Program-made: the position numbers and the translations under genes
The notes under the pieces: model-generated
What the model was told of the DNA's origin: nothing
The model's input: only the letters and a program-made list of their open reading frames with translations
Databases searched by the model: none
DNA from: an uncultured virus (IMG/VR IMGVR_UViG_3300020137_000030)
Taxonomy: Duplodnaviria; Heunggongvirae; Uroviricota; Caudoviricetes
Reading direction: 5' to 3' (one strand)
Length of the DNA stretch: 64,000 nucleotides
Virus record (IMG/VR): IMGVR_UViG_3300020137_000030
In this document: in pieces, positions 1-10,600 of the stretch
Layout: every line of letters begins with the position of its first letter
Position numbering within the stretch: position 1 is the stretch's first letter

Positions 1-2643
1 ATCCCGCGGCAGGCCGCGCTCGACTGGGGCATCTGGTCCTCGTCCACCCCCGACGGCCTCGACGGCACCGACATCGACTCCGAGCACAACAAGGGCCTCA
101 CCGGGCTCGTGTTCCCGCTCAACCGGGCGCTCGGCGGCGGCCGGTACGCGGTCACCTACCAGATGCGCATCGACGACCACCTGGTCGACGAGGAGTCCGG
201 CCAGCGCAAGTACGCGCAGGCGTCCGGCGTCGGAGCCGTCATCAACGTCCCGGCCATGATGGTCGAGCGGGTCGGCAACGTCCGCAAGTTCCTCGTCGTG
301 GAGGGCACCAAGCAGACCATCGCGGCGTCGCTGTACGCCCCCGACGACGTGCTCGTCATCGGCATCCAGGGTGCCCGCAACTGGTCCAAGGACGGCATCG
401 CGCTGCCCGTGCTCAACGAGCTCGTCCCCATGGGCGACGACGTCGAGGTGTTCCTCGGCTTCGACGCCGACTGGCAGACCAACCCCGACGTGTGGGCCGC
501 CGCCCAGTACCTGTCCGGCCACTTCAAGACCGGCCGCGGCGCCAACGTCAAGCTGCTCGTCGTGCCCGGCGGCAAGAAGGTCGGCCTCGACGACTTCCTC
601 GGCACCGACCCCGACCCGGTCGCCCGCCCCCGCATGCTCGCCAACCTCATGGCCGACGCCGTCACCAAGCTCGGCCGCAAGCCCGCCGCCCGCAAGCAGT
701 CCGCGGCCGTCAAGGTCGCCGAGGACCTCAAGGTCGACCTCGAGGCCGGACGCATCATCAAGCTCGTCAAGGCCGACAACGGGTTCGGCGAGCCGCAGGT
801 ACGCCAGGAGGTCGCCCTGTACGCCGCCGCCCAGATCGTCGCGTCCGAGGCGCACGTCGACGAGGAGACCGGCGAGACCGCCGACCAGATGCTCACCCTC
901 GAGGTGCACGTCCCGATCGCAGGACAGGCGACTCCTTCCAAGTACCTCGTGAAGGTGAAGTCCTCCAAGCTCGCCGACATCGGCGACTGGCTCGACCGGC
1001 TCCCGCGCGGCATCGGCGTGCCCATCCCGCGCAAGTCCAAGCCGGACGACGACGTCGCCAACGCGATCCGTGCGTGCTCCGACGCGATCGAGTCCGTCAC
1101 CGTCGTGCCGCACACCGGCTGGACCTTCGACCAGGACACCGACACGTGGCGCTGGTGCGACGGCGCCGGGGCGATCGGCCCCGAGGGCAAGGTCGACTAC
1201 CTGCGCGGCGAGCCCGCGTCCAACGACTTCCGGGCGATCAACCTGCCGGTGCCGCCCGACCGCGACGCCGTCGTCAAGCACGTCAGGCAGCTGATCGGGG
1301 CCCGCGACTTCTTCAGCGACGGCAAGAAGTTCTCCTGGGACGTCGCCGTCGCCGCCTGGGGGCTGTCGTTCGTCGGGATCGTGCCCAACGCGGCCCTGTG
1401 CTACTTCGGCCCGCCCGCCTCCGGCAAGACGACCGTCGCGATGCTGCTCACGAGCTCGCTGCACCGCGGCTGGGCGCCGTCCGGCTCGGCCATGGCGACC
1501 TTCAACGCCCGCCCGGCCGGCATGGACCTGCTGCCCGACGGGCTGCAGGACTGCTTCCTGCACGTCGACGACCTCAAGCCCGAGTCCGACCGCCAGCAGA
1601 TGGCTGCGGCGCTCAAGGCGTTCGACGCCCTGCTGCGTCGTGCGCACGGCTCCGGCGGTGCGGTGCGCGGCACCGTCGACCGGGCAGCCGACCGGCTCGG
1701 TGTGCGCAAGGTCGACTCGGCCAGCCCCATGATGATCATCACCGGCGAGGAGATCCCGACCGGCGAGGGCTTCGCCGAGTCCGGCCTGGACCGGGCGCTG
1801 TTCATCCAGGTCCTGCCGAACACCCAGCTGCGCAGCGAGGAGGCGCTCTCCCAGCTGACCGCCCTGGCGTCCTCCGGTGACCTGCGCTTCGCGACGACGG
1901 CGTACCTGCAGTGGCTGGCGGGGCGCATCAACGCCACCACGAGCGCCGACGGTGAGGAGCTCGCACCGAGGAAGCGGTTCGAGGCGTGGCGCACCGCGAT
2001 GGAGTCCAGCCGCCAGATGCTGAACTCCAACGAGACGAGCGCCGACGAGGACGGCGACGGGCTGCTGTCGCTCAAGCACCGCCTGCCCAAGGAGTTCAAC
2101 GTCTCCAACCGGGCGCGCATGCTCGTGGCGTCGCTGTGCCTGGGGTACCTGCAGGTTCTCGACTTCGCCACGGAGGTCGGCGCGATCGACGACGACGACG
2201 CCGAGGGGCTGTGGGACCACTTCGTCGAGGGCATCGTCGAGGCGATCAAGGTCCACACCCGCGAGGTCATGGGCGGCAACGCGACGCCGGGCGAGCAGGC
2301 GCTGGCGGCGCTGCGTAACGCGGTTTCCTCGCGGAAGGTGACCCTGGACGAACGCGACCAGTCGAACAAGCCGCTGATCGGCGAGATCCGCGGCAAGGGG
2401 CACCCGCAGGCGCTGGAGGACATCAACGGCACCGCGATCATCATCAACCACGCCGCCGCGGCCGAGGCCCTGCGCTGGCCGGGCGGCGCCCGCGCCCTGC
2501 AGCGCGCCCTGGCGGCGGAGTGCGTGCTCCTGGACGGCAAGGCGACCCGGACCCTGACCCTCAACGGTGCCCGCGTGCAGGTGTGCGTGTTCACCGAGGA
2601 GGTCTGGGGTGAGGTCAAGGCGCCCGAGGCCGAGAGCTTCTGA
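1..2643 (+). CDS. Primase-helicase (TOPRIM/DUF3854-like + P-loop helicase), 5' end outside window
   Basis: Frame open from base 1; TOPRIM-like VVEGTKQ, FDADWQTNPDV, GLDDFL; Walker A GPPASGKTT; Walker B LHVDD. Confidence 0.75.
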   Translation: MPRQAALDWGIWSSSTPDGLDGTDIDSEHNKGLTGLVFPLNRALGGGRYAVTYQMRIDDHLVDEESGQRKYAQASGVGAVINVPAMMVERVGNVRKFLVVEGTKQTIAASLYAPDDVLVIGIQGARNWSKDGIALPVLNELVPMGDDVEVFLGFDADWQTNPDVWAAAQYLSGHFKTGRGANVKLLVVPGGKKVGLDDFLGTDPDPVARPRMLANLMADAVTKLGRKPAARKQSAAVKVAEDLKVDLEAGRIIKLVKADNGFGEPQVRQEVALYAAAQIVASEAHVDEETGETADQMLTLEVHVPIAGQATPSKYLVKVKSSKLADIGDWLDRLPRGIGVPIPRKSKPDDDVANAIRACSDAIESVTVVPHTGWTFDQDTDTWRWCDGAGAIGPEGKVDYLRGEPASNDFRAINLPVPPDRDAVVKHVRQLIGARDFFSDGKKFSWDVAVAAWGLSFVGIVPNAALCYFGPPASGKTTVAMLLTSSLHRGWAPSGSAMATFNARPAGMDLLPDGLQDCFLHVDDLKPESDRQQMAAALKAFDALLRRAHGSGGAVRGTVDRAADRLGVRKVDSASPMMIITGEEIPTGEGFAESGLDRALFIQVLPNTQLRSEEALSQLTALASSGDLRFATTAYLQWLAGRINATTSADGEELAPRKRFEAWRTAMESSRQMLNSNETSADEDGDGLLSLKHRLPKEFNVSNRARMLVASLCLGYLQVLDFATEVGAIDDDDAEGLWDHFVEGIVEAIKVHTREVMGGNATPGEQALAALRNAVSSRKVTLDERDQSNKPLIGEIRGKGHPQALEDINGTAIIINHAAAAEALRWPGGARALQRALAAECVLLDGKATRTLTLNGARVQVCVFTEEVWGEVKAPEAESF

Positions 2644-2690
2644 GCGTTGCCGCACATTCGTCGTCCGACACCGCACCGCAAGGAGGGCAC

Positions 2691-3581
2691 GTGAGCCGCA
2701 ACGGCAGCTTCGCGGCTAACCGCGCGCTCACACGCCACGGCCCGCAGCCGAGGCGGTCGGTGCCCGCCGCAACCGCCTGCGACGAGCACGCACGGCAGGT
2801 GCTCGCTCCCGCGGTGGACGACCCGCCCGCACCGGCCCGCCCGGTGGCAGGGCGGGTCGTCCCGCGGGTCGACATGCGCACGCTGGACCAGGTGCGCACC
2901 GACGACGAGGCGCACGCCGCCGCGGTGCTCGACGAGTTCCCCGACGACATCCCGGAGCCTGCGCCGCCCACCGGTGAGGCTCCGGCGTCGGGCGACGACG
3001 GTGACGAGCTCGCGGGGTTCGTCGTGCTCGATCTGACCACCGTGGCTCCGCTGCCCCCGCACGTGCTGCACGTCGGCGACAGTGCGCTGCCGTCGTGGTG
3101 CGGCGCCCGGACCGGTGGGGTGCGGTGGGCGTGCGGGTGGTGGACCGACGACGGGCCCGTGCCTGCCAAGACGCCGAAGGCGTCCGCCCCGCCACCCGGC
3201 ACCCCGGTGGCGCGCTACGCGCTGCCCAGCCAGGCCGCCGGTCACTGGTCGGTCCTGCACGGTCAGCAGGTCGCGGGACGTGCCTGGGTGCTCGCGCTCG
3301 ACGCGGGCGGTGACGTGGTGGGCGTGTTCCACCGCATGCCCGGTCAGGTGGCGTCGCTGCTGGCGCTGCTGGGGGTGCCGAACCCTGATGAGCCGGACGA
3401 CGAGCCGTGGACCCTGACGCGGACCGACCTGGACCACCTCGACGGGCCGCCCCTGGCCCACCAGCAGGTCGACGAGCGGGCGTGGCCGGACGAGGGCGAG
3501 GAGCCCCCGGACGACGACGGGTCGTGGTGGCCCGCCACGGACTGGCAGGCACCCGCAGGCGACCAGGCCGACGAGTGGTGA
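2691..3581 (+). CDS. Hypothetical protein
   Basis: AGGAGG before GTG 2691; fills the gap between neighbours; CCGCACAT upstream at 2650. Confidence 0.55.
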   Translation: MSRNGSFAANRALTRHGPQPRRSVPAATACDEHARQVLAPAVDDPPAPARPVAGRVVPRVDMRTLDQVRTDDEAHAAAVLDEFPDDIPEPAPPTGEAPASGDDGDELAGFVVLDLTTVAPLPPHVLHVGDSALPSWCGARTGGVRWACGWWTDDGPVPAKTPKASAPPPGTPVARYALPSQAAGHWSVLHGQQVAGRAWVLALDAGGDVVGVFHRMPGQVASLLALLGVPNPDEPDDEPWTLTRTDLDHLDGPPLAHQQVDERAWPDEGEEPPDDDGSWWPATDWQAPAGDQADEW

Positions 3582-3604
3582 GCGCTGCCGCACATATACC
3601 CAGG

Positions 3605-5119
3605 GTGAGCGAGAACGACGGGCACCTGTACCTCGGCGACCGCGTCGCCTGGGACGGTCGACGCCTGGTCGTCACCGACCCTGACCTGCTGCGACGCATC
3701 GACAAGCCGTACCTGTCGGCGTCCACCGCAAAGGCGCTGCACTCGTGCCCGGCGCAGTACGTCGCCAGCCGTGCGCTGCCGCGCGTCGAGGACATCTTCG
3801 GTGCGGCCGAGAAGGGCACCGCGGCCCACCTGGTGCTCGAGCGGCTGTACGGCCTGGAGCCCGGGCGGCGCGACCCGCAGCACGCCGCCAAGATCCTCAC
3901 CGACCTGGTGCTGCAGGACCCCGAGCCTGACCAGGTCGACTACGGCCGTGCGATCGGCACCGACCCGGTGCGGTACACGCAGTGGATCGCGGCGGTCTCG
4001 GCCGCGTACTCGGGCATCTTCACGATCACCGACCCCCGCGAGGCAGTCGTGTACGCCCGTGAGCTGCGGCTGGACGGGTGCGAGGTCGGCGGCGTGCCCT
4101 TCAAGGGCTTCGTCGACCTGATCGAGGGCACCCTCGAGGATGGCCTCAAGATACGAGACTTCAAGACGGGGAAGGACAAGTCGCGTCCGAACCCGCGGTT
4201 CGACGACGACCACGGCGACCAGATCCGGCTCTACCACCTGGCGCTGCGTCACAAGCTCGGCGTCGACTCCGTCGAGGGGGCGCTGTTCTACATCGAGCAC
4301 GGCACCAAGCGGGTCGTCGACCTGTCGCCCAAGGCGCTGGACCGTACCCGCAAGGGGTTCGAGAAGTCGTGGGACGAGCTGCACGGTTGCGTCCAGAGCG
4401 CAGCGTTCGAGGCGAAGCCGTCGGGCCTGTGCGGATGGTGCCCGCTGGTCAACGCGTGCCCGGTGGCGCGTGAGGCCCGCAACCCCAGCGACCCGCGCGC
4501 CACCAAGCCGTCCGAGGTGGACCTGGGCATCCCGACCCTGCGTCCGGTCGGTTCGCAGGCCGTTGCCGCACATATGCAGACCGAGGCTCCGCACGGGGTC
4601 CAGGAGCGAGAGGACGAGACGATGACCGCACGTACGCGAGGCGCCCGCGAAGAGGCCAAGCCCTGGGAGCCCACCGTCAACGGCGAGCTGAACCTCGCCT
4701 CGTACGCGGCGGTCGCCACGATCGGCCTGGCCGGGCTGTCTGCCGAGCTGCTGGCCGAGCGTCGTCAGGACCTGGCTGCCATCGGCCAGAAGGTCGGCCC
4801 CGCGCAGCTGCGTGCCCTGACCGGCGTCCTGTCGCGCGTCGTGCTGTCCGTGCAGGGGGAGATCGCCGGCGGCTCCAACGACTGGTCGGAGGGCGTCAAC
4901 ACGCGCGTGCGCGGCGCGCTGCGGTCCGTGATCGTGGCGATGCCGCTGCCGATCGGGTCCGACGCGGACGCCTGGGCGCAGTGGGAGCGTCGCGCGGCGA
5001 CGTTCGCCAAGGCGATCGTGCTGACCGGCATGGCGCTGTTCGACGGCGACCTGGACGCCGACACCCGGGCCCTGCTTCCCGTCGAGGTGGCCGAGAAGGC
5101 CGACCCCAAGGCTGCCTGA
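3605..5119 (+). CDS. PD-(D/E)xK RecB/AddB-like nuclease with probable Fe-S cysteines
   Basis: LSAS..CP, GFVDLIE, IRDFKTG, QIRLY, CGWCPLVNAC; GTG start 9 nt after CCGCACAT. Confidence 0.8.
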   Translation: MSENDGHLYLGDRVAWDGRRLVVTDPDLLRRIDKPYLSASTAKALHSCPAQYVASRALPRVEDIFGAAEKGTAAHLVLERLYGLEPGRRDPQHAAKILTDLVLQDPEPDQVDYGRAIGTDPVRYTQWIAAVSAAYSGIFTITDPREAVVYARELRLDGCEVGGVPFKGFVDLIEGTLEDGLKIRDFKTGKDKSRPNPRFDDDHGDQIRLYHLALRHKLGVDSVEGALFYIEHGTKRVVDLSPKALDRTRKGFEKSWDELHGCVQSAAFEAKPSGLCGWCPLVNACPVAREARNPSDPRATKPSEVDLGIPTLRPVGSQAVAAHMQTEAPHGVQEREDETMTARTRGAREEAKPWEPTVNGELNLASYAAVATIGLAGLSAELLAERRQDLAAIGQKVGPAQLRALTGVLSRVVLSVQGEIAGGSNDWSEGVNTRVRGALRSVIVAMPLPIGSDADAWAQWERRAATFAKAIVLTGMALFDGDLDADTRALLPVEVAEKADPKAA

Positions 5120-5185
5120 GCCGTCCGGCTCGGGTTGCAACACCCGCACGGAACGAACCGAACTACACGAAACGGAAGAGACCTC

Positions 5186-5650
5186 ATGGCCACCAACGTC
5201 CCGACGACTGACATCATCCTCGCCGCTGTCGGCGCCGCCGGTCCCGTCCCCGAGAAGGACGGCAAGCTCGCCAAGGGCGAGTGGACCGTCCGGGTGCGCG
5301 AGATCGCCGGGGAGCTGGCGATCATGCTCGACGAGCACTCGAGCATGAGCAAGCACGTCGACCGGTTCAAGAGCGTCGAGAAGCCGTTCGTCGCCGTGAT
5401 CCTGGGCGGCGGCACCGAGAAGACGTCGGGCCGCGCCCTCGTGCGGTTCCGCGCCGAGAAGGGCGAGGAGGACGAGGAGATCCGCACCCACCACCTCAAC
5501 ACGCCCCAGGGCAAGAGCGTGTGGGAACAGGTCAAGTCCCTCAAGGACCACCGTGTGCTGATCTACAAGTACATGGAGCCCGGCGCGAACGGCAAGGAGT
5601 ACCGGATCCTCCAGCACATCGTCGACCTCGGTCTGCCGAGCGAGGGCTGA
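5186..5650 (+). CDS. Hypothetical protein
   Basis: GGAAGAG before ATG; strongly GC3-biased codons. Confidence 0.7.
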   Translation: MATNVPTTDIILAAVGAAGPVPEKDGKLAKGEWTVRVREIAGELAIMLDEHSSMSKHVDRFKSVEKPFVAVILGGGTEKTSGRALVRFRAEKGEEDEEIRTHHLNTPQGKSVWEQVKSLKDHRVLIYKYMEPGANGKEYRILQHIVDLGLPSEG

Positions 5651-5665
5651 CGCCTCGCGCCGACC

Positions 5666-5700
5666 CGGACCGCCGATGCCCCCTGCGCACCGGCGGTCCG
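5666..5700 (+). terminator. GC-rich hairpin, probable terminator
   Basis: CGGACCGCCG...CGGCGGTCCG just after stop 5650. Confidence 0.45.
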
Positions 5701-5703
5701 GGT

Positions 5704-5717
5704 TCCGGCGCATGTTG
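5704..5717 (+). promoter_or_regulatory. TCCGGCGCATGTTG motif, copy 1 (transfer operon)
   Basis: Identical 14-mer also at 24285 and 38467, each upstream of transfer/surface genes. Confidence 0.55.
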
Positions 5718-5798
5718 ACCAGTGACAGGCCACACGGTCAACCGACGACCTCCCCGCCGCCTGGCGGGGGCAGCTTCGACCCGTAGCGAGGAAACCGC

Positions 5799-6440
5799 AT
5801 GAGCGTCCCGACGTCCGACTTCCCGTTCCTGTCCGACGCCGCCCCGGTGGCTGACGACGACACCCTCCTCGACGCCGGCACCGACGTCGAGACCGACCTC
5901 GACGACGACGGCGAGGTCGACCTGTCCCTGGACGACGACGGCGACGAGGACGAGGGGGACGGCGCGGCGGCGACGCAGACCGCCAAGCCCGAAGCCGGTG
6001 CGGCGTCCACGAAGGCGCGTTCCGGCCCGAACAAGGCGCACGTGCGCCGCGTCGCCGCGAAGGTCGTCCAGCTGCAGGACGCCGACGGCTCCGACCTGCA
6101 GGTGCTGGCCTCGCTGTACGGCGTCGAGGCTGACGCGGTCGAGGTGACGGTCGCGATCATGACGTCCGACCGCAGCGCCCTGACGGCGGTGCGTGACCTG
6201 TCCGACATCGCGTCGGCGTCCGACCCGTTCGAGGCGATGGTCACCGCCCAGGAGCGTGGCCGGGCGCGCATGCGCGCCGTGCACGACCTGCTCGGTGCCC
6301 TGGGGCAGGCCAGCGACAAGTCGCTGACCGCGAACGACGCGAAGGCCGCGATGTCGGTCGCCCGCGACGCCTCCAAGCTCAGCGAGCAGGCCACCCAGGT
6401 CCTCGGGCGGGTCCTCGAGCTCGCACGCCGCACCGCCTGA
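5799..6440 (+). CDS. Hypothetical protein with acidic N-terminus; first gene of transfer operon
   Basis: GAGGA RBS; codon bias. Confidence 0.7.
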   Translation: MSVPTSDFPFLSDAAPVADDDTLLDAGTDVETDLDDDGEVDLSLDDDGDEDEGDGAAATQTAKPEAGAASTKARSGPNKAHVRRVAAKVVQLQDADGSDLQVLASLYGVEADAVEVTVAIMTSDRSALTAVRDLSDIASASDPFEAMVTAQERGRARMRAVHDLLGALGQASDKSLTANDAKAAMSVARDASKLSEQATQVLGRVLELARRTA

Positions 6441-6529
6441 GCGCACCCGTCCGGCCCGCTGTGACACGAGCGGGCCGGACGGGTCCGGGCAGCACAGCGC
6501 ACCAGCACGCCTGACACGAGGGACAGCAC

Positions 6530-7621
6530 ATGGCACGGGGCTCCAAGGCCGACAAGAACTCCCACCGCGACGACCTCGCGTGGGACACCGCCGTCGAGGT
6601 GCCGCGCTCCGGCCTGCCCGACGCCGAGCTCACCCACCGCCGCTACCGTCGCTTCCGCCGGTACGCGAACCTCAGCATGGTCCTGCTGCCGATCCTGCTG
6701 GTGATCACCCTGCTGGCGGTGATGCGCACCATCTCGGCACCGGACGTCGAGCCCGTGGCGCCCCCGACCGCACCGGCCACCCAGCCGGTCGCGATGGCCG
6801 CCGTGCGCACCTGGCTCGCCCAGGACCCCTCGCCGCTGCCGGGCGCGAGCCTGCTGACCTGGCAGGACTACACGACGCTGCCGAAGGTGCCGCCTCGTGA
6901 CGGCAGCGAGCCGGAGCACGTCACCCGCCAGTCGCACGACCTGCTCGTGCAGGCTGCTACGGGTTCGCTGCTGCAGGTCCAGGTGCTGGTCGTGGTCGCC
7001 GACGACGGCAGCGCCACGGCGCTGGGCGAGCCGTCCCTGGTCGCCATGCCCGGTGCGAACCCCGACCTGGTCGGCACGACCGCCTGGTCCGGCCTCGAGG
7101 GCGACTCCCCGTCGCCTGACGCGACCAAGGCCGTCGAGACCTGGGCTGCCGCGTACACCGGGGGCGACCCGCTCGCTCTGCGTCAGGTCGTCGGCGACCC
7201 GAACACGGGGCACGCCTACCTGCCACTGTCCGGCCTGGACGGCCCGAAGGTGAGCGCCGGTGCCGCCGGGTGGCTCGTGAAGGCCGACGGGGACACGGTC
7301 GAGCGCACCGGCGACATGGTCGTGTCCGTCACCCTCACGCTGCCGTGGACGTCCCTGCGAGCCAAGGAGCGGGAGAACCCGCCGACGGCGCAGTTCGACC
7401 TGCTCGTCGCGGGCGCCGACACCGGTGCGCCTCGCGTCGTCGCCTGGGGCGGACCCGGCACCGGCCCCACCCTGGTCGCCTACCAGAACGCCGTGACGGG
7501 CACGGTCACCGAGACCGGGGAGGCTGTCGCGACCGACGCACCCACCGCCGAGGTCGACGCCCCGCAGCAGGCGCCGCAGCAGCCCGCAGACGACGACGAC
7601 ACGACCGGGCAGGAGGGCTGA
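6530..7621 (+). CDS. Bitopic conjugation protein (VirB8/TcpC-like)
   Basis: Single N-terminal TM helix; stop overlaps VirB4 start; family inferred from context. Confidence 0.55.
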   Translation: MARGSKADKNSHRDDLAWDTAVEVPRSGLPDAELTHRRYRRFRRYANLSMVLLPILLVITLLAVMRTISAPDVEPVAPPTAPATQPVAMAAVRTWLAQDPSPLPGASLLTWQDYTTLPKVPPRDGSEPEHVTRQSHDLLVQAATGSLLQVQVLVVVADDGSATALGEPSLVAMPGANPDLVGTTAWSGLEGDSPSPDATKAVETWAAAYTGGDPLALRQVVGDPNTGHAYLPLSGLDGPKVSAGAAGWLVKADGDTVERTGDMVVSVTLTLPWTSLRAKERENPPTAQFDLLVAGADTGAPRVVAWGGPGTGPTLVAYQNAVTGTVTETGEAVATDAPTAEVDAPQQAPQQPADDDDTTGQEG

Positions 7622-10600
7622 TGGCCAAGCAGCAGGCCTGGGACGAGGAGATGTCGACCGAGCCGCGCTGGCCCACGTTCGTGCGCGGGCGCCTGGCGGG
7701 AGACTGGCGCGACGGTGTCGTTCTCGGCGCCGGCAAGTCCGTCAAGGACCGGTCCGTGTGGCTGTACCGCGCGGTGCCGCTGGCGCCGGTCGCCGACGCA
7801 CGCTCCGAGGTCGAGATGGAACGTGCCAGCGAGCCGCTGCTGACCGCCTACGAGGAGCTCGCCGCCCTCGGCTCCTCCACGGGGCGCCTGCGCGCCATGA
7901 ACCGCTCGTCCTACCGCGAGACCCACCTGATGGTGGTGAACATCCCGCAGTGGTGGAAGCCGCCGCGGGACTTGCCGCTGGCGGACTACCTGGCGCGCAG
8001 CTTCCCGAACACCCGCGAGACCCGCGCCAGGCTCGTCCTGCTCGGGGTGCGGCTGACCGACTCCGTCGGCGGCTCCGGCGGGTGGAAGGCCGCTGCGGCG
8101 TCCGCGGCCGAGACGGTCCTGCACGGCGGCGTCCCGATCAGCGACTACGCCCCCGACGCCCGGCGCGTGTCCCTGGCGATGGCCCGCGCCGGGCTGCGGG
8201 TGCCCACCCACCACGACTTCCGCATCGCTGAGTCCTGGTGGAACAACGGCGCCCACCCCGACACGTACGTCCTGCCGCAGCAGGACTGCCTGCACGTGTT
8301 CGCCACGGCCGCCCAGGCAGCAGCGGCCAAGCGGCTCATCGACGAGGGTGCGGACTCCTGGGGGGAGAACCGCTCCACCACGACCATCACGATGGCGTCC
8401 GTCCAGGACCTCGACCTGCCGTTCGTGCCGGGGGAGAACCCTCGGGCACAGTGGATCACCCAGCTCCTGGACGCCGACGCACTGGTCGTCTCCGTACGCG
8501 GGCTGGTCGAGCCGGCGGCCGTCACCCGCGGCGAGCTGCGCCGCAACCGTCAGCGCAACGAGTCGGACATCAACGCCCGAGCGCAGGCGGGAAAGATGGA
8601 CCGGGCCGAGCAGGACGAGCACCTGCAGCTGCTGACGGACGTCGAGGGGGTCTACTCCTCCCGGAACGTTCCGTCCACGCTGACAGACGCTGTGATCACC
8701 GTCGGTTTCGACGGGTACGTGGCGGACATGGCGACGGAGTTCGAGGCGCTCACCGCGACGATCGGGGCGATGCCGAACCGTCAGCGTCAGGCGATGGCGG
8801 AGACCATGCTCGCTTCGCCCGTGCGGGCCAACGCTGCCCGCCACGACCTGCCGGTGCACACCGTCGCCTACTCGGGCGTGTGTGGCCTGTCGCAGGTCGG
8901 TGACCAGCCGTCCAAGCGCTCCCTGCTGCTCGGCTGGACCGAGCGCGACAAGCAGGCGTCCTGGTTGGACCCCATGGCGGCGGCCGACGAGGACAGTTTG
9001 CCCATCGGCGTGGTGCCCGGAATGTCCGGTTCAGGCAAGGCAATAGCGCTGTATGCGCCCGTCCCGGTCCCGACATCCACGTCGCCTTCGGGCTGGACGA
9101 CCATGGGTGACCTGCAGGTTGGCGACACCGTGTTCGGCGGCGACGGCAAGCCGTGCACGGTCACCTTCGTGACACCGACGATGGTGGATCGCCCGATGTA
9201 CCGCGTCTCGTTCGACGACGGCACTCACGTGGATGCGGACTTCGAGCACCAGTGGCTCGCCACCGACGCGCGCACCCGCAACGGGCGCGGCGGCAAGATC
9301 GGACAAGCATCGCTCGAGCGTCGACGTGCCCGAGAGGCTGACGCGGACCGGCTCGCACAGTGGGCCTCCCGCTTCCACGACAGCCACACCTCGGACCTCG
9401 GAGCGCTGCTGACCATCGTGCGTGACGAGGCGGGTGTGGACCAGTGGTCGAGCCCCGAAGGCGTGCGCAACGCCCTGAAGTACGTGGAGTGCAGCCCCGC
9501 CTCGACGACGCTGAACGGCCGACACGTGTGGTCAACGTCGGCTGCACTCAAGGCACTCTCGCACCGCTACTGGATCTCCCTGAACAACGCCCCGCTCAAG
9601 GAGCGCGGCGAGATGCGGTACACGACCGCCGAGATGATCGCCGCCGGCGTCACCAAGAACGGCGCCTCCAACTTCGCGATCCGCCTGCAGCCAGTCCTGG
9701 GGGAGACGGCCGACCTGCCTGTCGACCCCTACGTCTTCGGGCTGTGGCTCGGTGACGGAGGAGCGCGGGACGGCTGGATCGCCAGTGCAGTCACAGTGAC
9801 CGACGAGTCCGGGCTCAGTGACCAGGCCTTCGTGATCGACGAGCTCGCCAGGCGCGGATACGAGGCGACACCTCAGTCGTACCGACCCGACTACGTGATC
9901 AACGTGCCGCGACTGCGGGGCGAGCTGCGCGCGGCAGGGCTGCTCGGGAACAAGCACATCCCCGTGCAGTTCATGCGTGCCTCCTACGACCAGCGGCTCG
10001 AGCTGCTCCAGGGCCTGATGGACTCCGACGGGTACGTCATTCCCAAGGGCTACTGCGTGTTCACGCAGAAGGACGACCGGCTGTTCGAGCAGGTCCGCAG
10101 CCTGGTCCGGTCGCTCGGCATCAAGGTCATGCCGGGCAGCAAGGTGCCCGTGTCCTACCCGGACGAGAACGGCGTGCGCAAGGACAACGGCGCCACGAAC
10201 TCACTGCAGTTCGTCACGGACGCCAAGGTCGCCCGGCTTCCGCGCAAGGCCGGTCGTCTCGTCGCCTCGATCGGCAAGCGCGGCAGGTGGAAGTACGTCA
10301 CGTCGATCGAGCCCATCGACACGGTCCCGTGCCGGTGCATCACGGTCGACTCGCCCGACCACACCTACCTCGTCGACGAGTACACGGTGACCTCGAACAC
10401 CCAGCTCCTGCTGTGGATGGCTCGACAGGCCGCAGAGTCGGGCGTTCCCGTCATCTTGGTCGACCCAAAGACGGGCTCAGACCACAGCACCGTCGTGAAG
10501 TCCAGCGGCAACGGGCAGGTCTACTCGCTCGACGAGCTGGTCGCAGCCGACGGCGTGTTCGACCCGCTGCGGTTCTCCACCAGCACGTCCGCCGGGGTCG

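Noticed and set aside
3605..5119. PD-(D/E)xK nuclease as Cas4
   Set aside because: Far from the arrays, no cas1, and its size and context fit a RecB-like plasmid nuclease
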